Shown here piece by piece: positions 53,810-64,000 of a stretch of DNA of 64,000 bases (the stretch's first letter is position 1; each line of letters starts with the position of its first letter). The notes under the pieces are model-generated. The model saw only the letters and a program-made list of their open reading frames with translations. It was not told where the DNA came from and ran no database searches. Location of the stretch: assembly GCF_001194135.2 (NCBI RefSeq), contig NC_068981.1:20816042-20880041 (forward strand), read 5' to 3'. Made by a program: the position numbers and the translations under genes. This stretch comes from Octopus bimaculoides. Its lineage: Eukaryota.

Positions 53810-55650
53810 GTTTTTTGTCAAGAAAGTCAACTTTCAGACCATCAGTATTAACAATCTGAACTAGAAATTCTTGAGTGTCTAACAGATGACATTATATGAT
53901 GAGATATATGTTACCTGCAGTGGTTTGTGTTCTCTCAATTAAAAATAGTATTTCAATTCCTTTAACACAGTAAAACGTTTTGTTTTTAATATGGATTGGT
54001 TGACATATGTACTGCATGTAGTAGTGAAGTGTCTGATTAAAGCAACACCAACTGTACAGGTAGCTTCACATACTAACTCTGCTATGGGACAACCTGAACC
54101 AGCATTCAATGTTGTATAGATACTGAGTAGGTATCAGAGGCTTAATACATTGCAATCCATATTTGTTGATAGCCACAGAAGTTGGTCACTGAAGTAAAAA
54201 GTGCCAATTCTAATTGCTTGCTTTTAGCATGTGTGACAGCAGAGAGCCTAAATAATAGATAATTGGCTCTCTCACTTCAGTGAGATCTATTAATGCTTTC
54301 ATTACTGTCTCTGCTATACCATCTGCAATTAGTATAGTCTTTGGTTGTGGAGTACAGAGATCTTACATGTCAAAAATTATCAGAAGGAAAAAGTGCCAAG
54401 TCAATATGTATGAGGTGTAACCTAGTGATCAGCATAGCAAAGGCGTTGACATGATAGCTTTGGCATGCTGACACCTCATGCAGTTCTAGGCTTGCAGATG
54501 TACATCTTGGTTAATTATGAGCCAGGTAAATCTTGAAGCAATCAATTTCTGAGTTGCCTGGACTGTTATTTGGTACATTTAGGATAGATGTGGCAATTCA
54601 CATGATGTAGCATGCCAAATGTCCTGTTCACCTCTGGAGAGAAGAACTTTCTTGAAAACAAGTAAGGAAGTACCACTGAGCAGCAACTGAAGTTCCTCAC
54701 CACCTTTTTGATCAGTGGCTATGCATGTGAGATCAATGGATGAGGTAATGTGTAGAGCTGACATTTCTTGCTATGAAAACATGTTGGCTGCAATATTGTT
54801 CCCATCTGAAATGTGTTTTATATCTTAAGTGAAGTGAAATATTCAAGCAAATATCTTAATTCCCTGGGAGAATATCAATCTGACTTTACTTACTGTGTAA
54901 ATGGGGTTTATGGTATGTGTAGACAGTAAACTTCCTGCTTTCTAAATGTGTTGAAAATGTCTTACAGACATAACCAGTAACTCATGACCAAATACACTAT
55001 CTTGTTTCAGTAGGTTTTAACTTTTGAAAAAGCAAAAAAATCCATGTGTTCCTATATGTCTCTATGTAGGTCTTGCAACATTCCAGTGATAGTGGAGTCA
55101 GATGCATAGGCCATAAGACATATGTCAAAATCTTCAAACAGATGTGCTAACATCAAAGCTTCAGTGAAATCACACTTTTTATTCCATGCAAGGGATTATG
55201 TGTTAATACATGGGATACTACTGGAACCAGTCTGGTGATGAGTATGGTTGCTTCTCATGGAAGAAAATGTTGATAAAAGCTAATGCTACCTCAGAATCAT
55301 CATAGTTGTTAAACAGTAGTTGGTGTGAAGTAGGTCAGTAACTAGTGACCTTCACTACCAATGGAGAAATGCCTTAAGCTATCATATGGTGCCTGAGAAA
55401 ATTCAAACTTCTAACACCAAATCGTAACTTCAGTGCATTGATAACAACACTGTGCTTAGTTGAGTGTGTAAACAAGAGACATATGTGTTGTAATATATCA
55501 AAAAGTTACATGTTCAAATCACATCAGTGCTAGTTTGACAAGCATGTTGAACAAAATGATGTGCTGTTTAATCATGTAGGGATCTCCTAATGTAGAAAAA
55601 GAGATACTATGGATCAATTGGTCATTTAACTGTGATATGTCTAATATTTT
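53810..55650 (-). mobile_element. Heavily decayed Ty3/Gypsy pol relic (RT, RNase H, integrase order)
   Basis: FGVRSLNFLRHH...GISPL (RT); LMAYASD and PTETR..SVFGHELL..RHFQH (RNase H); QATQKLIASRFTW..INQDV...CMRCQHAK, IHIDL and AETVMKALI (integrase). Confidence 0.8.
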
Positions 55651-55654
55651 AGAC

Positions 55655-56250
55655 TAGCTGAAAACAAAGTTCTATACAAAGAAGATTCTGTTAGTTTCTG
55701 CAATTCTGACTTTAATCAAAGAAAAAAAGAGATAATGAACAAAGCGAAAACAACTTGCTTAAAGCTTGTAATTCTCACGGTGACTCACTGTATTAGTGTG
55801 AGACTACATCTAAAACTGGTCAGTAGAGAAAAGTTAATGAATTTACTCTTTCTTTTATAGTAGCATAATTAGTTTCTGCCCTGGGTAGTCCATTGTTGAG
55901 TCAGTTCATTTTATGAATAATCACAAATTGAGTTGAATGACGTTGTATCCAGGAATTCACTGGTTCAATTAGAATTAAGGTATCATGTGGAAAGAAATAT
56001 TCTAAAGGGATACAGAAGCTAACAGTTGCCACACTAACAGCAAACCAATTTTCAAAGAAATGCAATAACTCACTCAGTCATTACACCAATAGCAAACAAT
56101 TTTTCACAGAAATATGGAAGCTTGCCAAGGCTATGCCAGCAGCAAACATTTTCAAAATATGGAGAAATTCTTTCTTGTTTAAGTTATGGCATACAATTCT
56201 TAAAGAAATATTAAAGTTTGTTGCTGCTACACAAACATCTACTTTATAGT
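55655..56250 (+). repeat. Copy B of the diverged direct repeat
   Basis: Same landmarks in the same order as 53065-53600. Confidence 0.65.
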
Positions 56251-56276
56251 TTCATTATTATAATTATATTAAGACA

Positions 56277-58145
56277 GTGAGCTGGCGGAATTGTTAGCAC
56301 ACTGGGCAAAATGTTTAGTGCCATTTCATCTGTCTTTACGTTCTGAGTTCAAATTCTGCCGAGGTCAACTTTGCCTTTCATCCTTTCAGGGTCCATAAAA
56401 TAAATACTAGTTGAGTAATGGGGTCAATGTAATCGATTATCATCATCCCCCAAATTTCAGGCCTTGTGCCTATAGTAGAAAGGATTGCTATAACTATATT
56501 AAATGCGGTGAGCTGACAGGATTGTTAGCATGCTGAGTGAAATGCTTAGCAGTATTTCATCCATTGCTACATTTTGAGTTCAAATTCCTCTGAGGTCAAC
56601 TTTGCTTTTCATCCTTTCAGGGTTGATAAAATAAGTACCAATTGCACACTGGAGTCCATATCACCAACTTAATCCCTTCCCCAAAATTTCAAGTCTTGTG
56701 CCTAAAATAGAAAAGGTTATTACAATAACATTATTAGCAGTGAGCTGATAAAATCATTAGCATGCTGGACAAAACGCTTGGCTGCATTTCATCAGTCTTT
56801 ACATTCTGAGTTCAAATTCTGCTGAGGCTGATTTTGTCTTTCAACCTTTTGGGGGTTGATAAATTAAGTACCAATCAAGCACTGGGACTGATGCAATCAA
56901 CTAGCCCCTTCCCCCAAATTTCAGGTTTTGTGCCTATAATGGAAAGGGTTATTCTAACAACATTGAAGGTGGTGAGCTGGCAGAATAATTAGCAGCTGGA
57001 CAAAATGCCTAGCAGTATTTTGTTCATCTCTACATTCTGGGTTCAAATTCTGCTGAGGCAGACCTTGCCTTTTATCCTTTTAGGGTCAAAATAAGCACCA
57101 GTTGAACATTGGGGTTGATGTAATCGACAGTTAATTTGCTCCTTTTAACAAAATTTCAGGCCTCACACTTATCGTAGAAAAACTTTTATAACAACATTAA
57201 AATGGTCAGGAAAATGGCTTTGTGATATTTGTTCTAGCTCTTAACATTCTGAATTCAAATCCCACTGAGTTCAACATTGCCTTTCATCCTTTTAAAGTCA
57301 AATACAAATAAGTACCAGTCTAGTGCTGGGGATGATAGTATTGACTTCCCCTCAAAATTTCTGGCCTTATGCCTAAACTAGAAACATAATTATAACATTA
57401 TTTGAGGTGGTAAGCTTGCAGAATTGTCAGCACGCTGAGCAAAATGCTTAGTAGCATTTTGTTTGTCTTTACATTCCAAGGTCAACTTGTCTTTCATCCT
57501 TTTGGGTTAAAATAAAATACCAGCCAAGTACTGGAGGTAACAGTATCAACAAAGTACATCCTCACAAAATTGCTAGCCTTTTTACTCTTATTGCATCCTT
57601 TCATCCAATAAAATACCAGTCAATTACTGGAATCAATGTAATTGACTTTCTCCTCCTCTCAAAAACTGCTGGCCCTGTATCAAAATTTGAAACCATTATT
57701 ATAACACTGTTTAAAAGGTTGTAAGCTGGAAGATGGTAAAATCATCAGAGTGCAGGGAAAAATTCTTTGCAGTATTTGTTTTGGCTCTTTATGTTTAGAA
57801 TTCAAATCCTGCTGGGGCCATCTTTGCCTTTCATCCTTTTAGAGTTGATAGAATAAAGTACCAGTCAAATATTGACCAAAACCCTCCCCACAACATATCT
57901 CTAAATAAGAACTCTTTATAATAGCATAATTAAAAAGGTAATGAGCTGGCAGAATCATTAGTATTAGAAAAAATGCTTTGCAGTATTTGTACTGACTCTA
58001 TGTTCTGAATTCAAATTCTGCCAGGTACAACTTTGTATTTCATCCTTTTGGGGTCAGTAAAATAAAGTACCAGTCAAGTATTGGGGGTAATGGTATCTAC
58101 AAAGTACATCCTCACAAAATTCCCAGCCTTTTTTCTCTTATTGCA
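56277..58145 (+). repeat. Tandem array of about 8 tRNA-derived SINE units (period about 232 bp)
   Basis: Unit starts near 56277, 56508, 56740, 56972, 57204, 57410, 57721 and 57941; each has a B-box-like G(A/G)TTCAAAT and a shared linker. Confidence 0.85.
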
Positions 58146-59234
58146 TGTGTTTCATTTTTCAACACACTTTCAAATACATTAACTATAATTATGAACAATA
58201 TTTTATTTCTTTTACTTTTGGTTATTTACATTTTGCATGTAAATTTCTTGCCATGTAACTGTATTGTTAACTAGTTTTCATTACAATTGTGTTATTTTCA
58301 TTAATTTCTCCTTCAAGCTCTCTAGTGGAGGGCTGATGTAGTGAAGCCTAGAATTGAAACTTTACAGCTTTAGTGACTAGAATCAGACCACATTTAAATC
58401 AGGCAATAAGCTATAAATACTAACTAATCAACTTGCTGGAATATCATCCCATATTAGAGAATGTTCTATCATATTCCAGTAGTTATAGGGGTTATAAAGT
58501 GAAATCATGCCAGAATCAGTGCAGAGGTGATAGAGAACCTGATGTCCACAGTATACATTAGAGAAGATTCTACAGAAGATAGATGAACACAGGATTTTTG
58601 GTCCCTATGTGACCTGTATTTGAAAGAATTACTTCATCTTCAGTGCACTTCTTTCAGCATGTACCATGAACACAATATCCTCAACTCTTGCCACACAAAT
58701 AAGCAGCCAATTAATCCTTAGGCCTAAACAAATCAGAGGCACAGTTCAGATGCACAGATAACAAGCTGTTCAAACAAACAAATTTCCTTAGTTGCAGCTT
58801 AGCCCTGGGTTAAGGAAATCTTTGACTATGATGGACAGAGGATTATTCCTGCCTCTCAGATGAAGCTAATCTTTTTTGTTATTAGTGTAACTAGGAACTA
58901 CATTTACTTCTAGCACGCCATTATACACTACTGGCAAGCAATTATGTAAAAATTGTAATATGCTTCAGTAAAAATAAACGTTATTTAAACAACATTGGAT
59001 TTAGGTTATTTATAGGACAACATACAGTCCATCGTCATACCAACATATAAAGACCCATATAACCAAAACCACAGTATAATAATTTTGTATTATTAATAAA
59101 CATGACAGCTCTATGGTCATAGGTGTAATAATTAATGTAATATTAATAAATATAAATTCCTATATTATAATATTATAAGATATTATTATATTATGAATAT
59201 CATTATTGTATAATTAAAATATAATTACTATATT

Positions 59235-59659
59235 CATCATCATCATCGTTTAACGTTCGCTATCCATGCTAAAATGGGTTGGACGATTTGACTGAGGACT
59301 GGTGAACCGGATGGCTGCACCAGGCTCCAATCTGATCTGGCAGAGTTTCTACAGCTGGATGCCCTTCCTAACACTAACCACTCAGAGAGTGTAGTGGGTG
59401 CTTTTACGTGCCACTGGCATGAGAGCCAGTCAGGCGGTACTGGCAACGGCCACGCTCAAAATGGTGTTTTTTACGTGCCACCTGCACAGGAGCCAGTCCA
59501 GCGGCATTGGCAACGATCTCGCTTGAATGTGTTTATACATGCCACCGGCACAAGTGCCAGGAAGGCGACGCTGGGCACAGGTGCCATCACGATTTCGCTT
59601 TCGCTTGCCCCAACAGGTCTTCGCAAGCCGAGTTTCGTGTCCAATGAAGGAGACCACGT
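59235..59659 (-). mobile_element. RTE 3'-end copy with a 35-bp target-site duplication
   Basis: Same tail family; the flanks 59200-59234 and 59660-59694 are identical. Confidence 0.85.
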
Positions 59660-60864
59660 TCATTATTGTATAATTAAAATATAATTACTATATTATTAAT
59701 AAATATAATTATTGTTATTATAAGTAAATATACAAAACAGTGTAATCAATTAATATATTCACTGTGTGATCAATAATTATAATTACTGTTTTATGAGTGA
59801 ATAATTACATGTCTATTAATTAACATAATTAAAAAATAACAATGAACTGATTACTATTTTATCAGTAAATATAATATTTCGGTTCTATCAATAAATATAA
59901 TTACTATATCTGCAATAAATTTAATATTGCTGTAATATCAATAAATATATATTGAAAGGTAAGTGATATATATCATAAGTTGGAAAGAACGAGTGAGAGA
60001 TGGTAGAAATGATATCCCGCAAAGCAAAATGCCATAAGCTACGTCTTTTTACATTTCGAGTTCAAATCCTGGCGCAGTAACCATTGCATTTCATTTGTCT
60101 AGGTGTCGATAAAATAAAGTACCAATCAAGTACTGGACTTTTATATTATCAATTACACCCGCCTCCAAAGTATCTCATTGCTATTAGAAATCAATTATAG
60201 GGTGTGAACATGCAATCACTGAATTGACAGGTGGAGTTACTTCCCTTACAATCTGTTGTCATTGTAATTAATGTTGACATCATGGAGATGATGTTCTTTG
60301 TAATTATTCCTATCTCCATCCTGATATTAACTATAGTCTTACATTTGATGTTCCGATCTAAGACTATACGAAACATCCATGGTTATCATATTGTCGTAAG
60401 TTTTTTTGTATTGTTTTCCTGTTGTTTTTTAAAAAAATTTTACCGTTAATATTACACAGTCAGAAATAATAACGTACCTAAAGGGATGTCAGTACTTCAA
60501 AGTTTCATAGTTTAAACTTGGTCAAAGTTTTTTTGACCATGATATACTATCGTAGGATACTAGATTTTACTCATATACGCACCATAATATCACTGTGTTT
60601 TCTAGCAGGAATTCACTTTACTTCTGCTGCTTCATCTCTCCGCCGTCTTCTTTTGATGTTTATTTTCGTGGTCTTATTAATACAGTCAATAATTGTATGA
60701 TGCTAATTAAATGTTCGTGCTTAAACTTACATAATTTAAAATAGTTAATTCCATGAAAGAGGAATATATTTTAAAAGGAAAGACAAAAAAAAAAAAAAAA
60801 GGAGAAAGACAGAAAAAACATCAATGCAACACCAATGCCTCAATTGGTAGCACACTACAAGGTT

Positions 60865-61075
60865 TAACGGAACCTACGGAAGCAAACCAACACGCTCGCG
60901 GCATTACCACGGGCGATGGCGAGGCTAGGCGTTGGAAAAGCCAAGCACCTTCACGGACACCACCTGACACCTCGGTAAGGGAGTTGCTAATGATGACAAG
61001 AACTTTAGCAGCCCAATCCCTCCAAGCGTCTCAAGCAGACTGGAAGAGATAGTTCACTGTCAGGTTCCGATATTT
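60865..61075 (-). mobile_element. CRE-clade non-LTR retrotransposon 3' fragment (restriction-like endonuclease end)
   Basis: Frameshifted ETLGGIG...KFL...REGAWLFQRLA-LAIARGNAASVL resembles the CRE C-terminal signature; GC-rich relative to its flanks. Confidence 0.6.
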
Positions 61076-62285
61076 TAAGGTTCTGTTCCGTTGAGCAGAC
61101 TTTGATCGAAGGCATTCCAGCCGTGACTGTCTTATTGTTCCCCCTGACATTGTGTATAAGGAAGTATGTTATCTAACGTGTTATTTTTTAAAGGATAATC
61201 ATGTTATCCAGTGTGTTAAGTCAATGGAGTGTGGTTCAAGGGACAGTGACTGCTATTTCTAGCAAGTTTGCGCGACGACGAATCGCGTGTTTGTTATAGA
61301 TGCTTCGTTTGTCAATGTAACTTATATTTCGTAAACATATGCACCGGTAACGACTTTGGAGTAAGAAACAAAGTTGTTAAACTCTCATACTGTGCGTAAA
61401 AGAGGCAAACGCGATATTGTTGATTTAATCATTTTTACTCTCTGCAGTGCAATTAATCCTGTGTCTTGTCAAAATGAATTGTCATTATTATTGGTGTGAC
61501 AGAAAAGGCAGAACATCAGGCAAAGTGCATTGTGGTATCTAGTTAACAGGCCTTCACGTTCTGTGTTCAAATCCTGACGAAGTCGATTTCACGTTTTCAC
61601 TCCGATGTCAATAAAATAAATACCAGCAAGTAGTGCAGTTGACTGTATCCTACCCGCCTCAAATATATGTCCATGTGCTGCTAGAGTAAGGTACAAAATG
61701 CCTTGCTGTACTTAATCCTTTTACACTGAGTTCAAATCCCGACATCTTTGACTTTACTTTTTATATTTCTTGTGTCAATAAAATAAGACCCTTTGTTAGA
61801 AATTAATCGTTTTATTGATATTATTTGAAGTTATTTCCACCAAGCTGTTGCACATAAAATGTCAGAACCATCAATGAATTATATCAGAGGCAGCATCAGA
61901 TATTTTGTGCAACAACCTAACAAGTAGGTGTGTCAGACACCTAGGTGGTAAAATAACATCCATCAGCATCAACAGAGTTTTAGTAATATTCTTTTTAATA
62001 CTTAAGCTGGTCGGCAAGCTGGCTAGAATCATTAGTGTGTCAGAGAAAATGTTTAGCGGCATTTCTTTCGCTCTTTATATTCAATGTTCAAAGCTTGCTG
62101 TGGTCATCTTTATCTTTCATACTTTTAGGGTTGATAAACTAAAGTTCCAGTCAAGTATAGGCGTTGATATAATCAATTTTCCCCTTCCCTAAAATTGTTT
62201 GTCTTGTGCAGTTGCAGATTTATAGTGTTAAGAAGCTCCTTGTATACACTTCTACCTAATACACACTTCTACCTGTACAAAATTT

Positions 62286-62478
62286 GGTAATTTTTCAGAT
62301 TAACACACGCGTGATCTTCACTAGAGTATTAGGGTATTAGGGTTACGGTTAGGGACGGAATTCCCTAACCCTAACCCCCTAACCCTAACCCCCTAACCCT
62401 AAAACCGTAACCGTAACCCTAAACCCTAACCCTAACACCCTAGTGAAGATCGTGTGAGTGTTAATCTGAAAAATTACC
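62286..62478. mobile_element. Palindromic MITE (Merlin-like termini) carrying telomeric repeats
   Basis: About 42-bp TIRs starting GGTAATTTTTCAGATTAACAC; 8-bp flanks caaaattt and caacattt (7/8); internal TTAGGG-like then CCCTAA-like tracts. Confidence 0.75.
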
Positions 62479-63819
62479 CAACATTTTATCTGCATATACA
62501 TCAAACTTTTTTATTCTTTTTTTATGGTTTTCAGTCATTGGCCTGTAGCCATGCCAGAGCACCACCTGATTCAATCCTAGAGCTTTGTCTGGTGCTTATT
62601 TCTTCATTCTTCTAAGTTACGAACAGTCAGAGCATTTCTGTTTAAATGTACTGGTTTTTCTGATATAAACACACAAACACACACGCACATGATGGACTTC
62701 TATATAGTCTCCATGTACAAAATTTCACTCAAGAAGTTAAGTGTACTCAAGGCTATGATGGTGTGTGCTGGGATTGGATCCACAACTGTGTGGTTGCAAT
62801 GTGAACTTTTTAATTATGCAAATATTCTTACATTCTATATACTGTTAACTAAACATAATTAGCTACACACACTGCCATCTATACATATCTCCAAACAAAT
62901 TTACAGTAGGAATTGTTTAAAGTGAGTTAAGGGTGACAGAAGTGAGTATGATAATGTCAATCTAGTTGATGTTTGGGTTCATTTAACATCTTGTAAGTCC
63001 CTTATTTTAGGAACAATAATCCAAGAACCAGTGATATATACCTTAGTTCATTGAATTGTACTCTGTCCTTACAAAATCTGGTCTTGTACTTTGTCACAAG
63101 AAACCGTGACATAAGACAGATAATTATTGGCAGTGTCCCACTTTTTACACACACACACACACACACAGTGTTTACTTTTCACACATTGATGGGATGGTCT
63201 ACTAGATGGTTGGTTAATCTGCTTGATTTTTATACAGTAATATACTTTGTCTTTTTTCTCTTCATACTTGTAGGACCCTATCATTTGTTTTATATACCTA
63301 AGTATAAAATAGACAGCATTCTTATTTTCAATTGAGTTTGAAGGAGATATATTTTACAATGAACTGCAATAATTGATAATCTAATAAAATGCTTGCTTTT
63401 AAATATCCAATCTCGGACTACATATAAATATATATAGCTGACAGATGATGTTGAAGCCACTATTGCATTAGCCCTCAGTGTTATTCATGTAACAGTTTAC
63501 AAATACTACAAACTACCTAAGATGCCATCTTCTATGTGTTATGATAATTTACTTACTTCACAATTGGGTGAGAAAGATTGTTTCTCCCACTATGGTTACT
63601 GGTACTGACAAAAGATAAGATAGTTGCAACCGAAACATTTTTGATTATAGATTTGTTTGGTCTCAGTGCTGACCTGTAGTTTAACAGCACATTCAGTTAC
63701 TATATATGCACAGATATGCATGTACAATAGTCACTTCTGACATACACCAGTCAATATTTACATACATCAGTCACTCTATACATTTATAACATTAACTAGA
63801 TACATAAAAGTTAGTGTAT

Positions 63820-64000
63820 ACAGAAATTTGCCGATGTCATGAGGACCAGAGACTTGAAGGTTTCGTATTGCAAGACTGTGTGAGAGAGAATTGTGGTGTC
63901 ATACGAGAGAAATGTGTCCACATGGATGACGGTTCACTTGCATTTAATGATGCTGCAAAGAGAGAGACTTGGAGACGCCACCATGAAAGGTTGCTAAATG
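63820..64000 (+). mobile_element. RTE LINE ORF2 fragment running off the window
   Basis: EDQRLE...CVRENCGVIREKCVHMDDGSLAFNDAAKRETWRRHHERLLN. Confidence 0.8.

Noticed and set aside
56277-58145. Regularly spaced repeats as a CRISPR-like array
   Set aside because: Units are about 232-bp SINE copies with no unique spacers, there are no cas genes, and the context is eukaryotic.

Overview
This is AT-rich, repeat-dense animal DNA with three N gaps and no prokaryotic features. The SINE and RTE-tail repertoire looks like an octopus draft assembly, but that assignment is by pattern recognition only. Two protein-coding genes converge tail-to-tail. POMGNT2/GTDC2 is on the + strand with a single coding exon (8122-9918). 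PRMT5 is on the - strand; I traced 16 coding exons by hand from the ATG at 51114 down to 21401, all with GT-AG boundaries and consistent phase, giving 580 codons. The last roughly 50-codon PRMT5 exon is not visible and most likely lies in the gap at 19944-20939. The rest is SINEs, RTE LINE fragments, and decayed Gypsy, Penelope-like, Tigger, CR1/L2-type and CRE-type relics, plus hAT, piggyBac and Merlin-like MITEs and simple repeats. Best second-look items: (1) a head-to-head Penelope-type repeat in PRMT5 intron 1 in which only the antisense copy keeps a hammerhead ribozyme core; (2) a palindromic MITE filled with telomeric repeats; (3) an 8-unit tandem SINE array; (4) an exact 43-nt copy flanking PRMT5 exon 1; (5) young inverted repeats bracketing PRMT5 exons 2-7. 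I found no clear evidence for a wholly new gene system.
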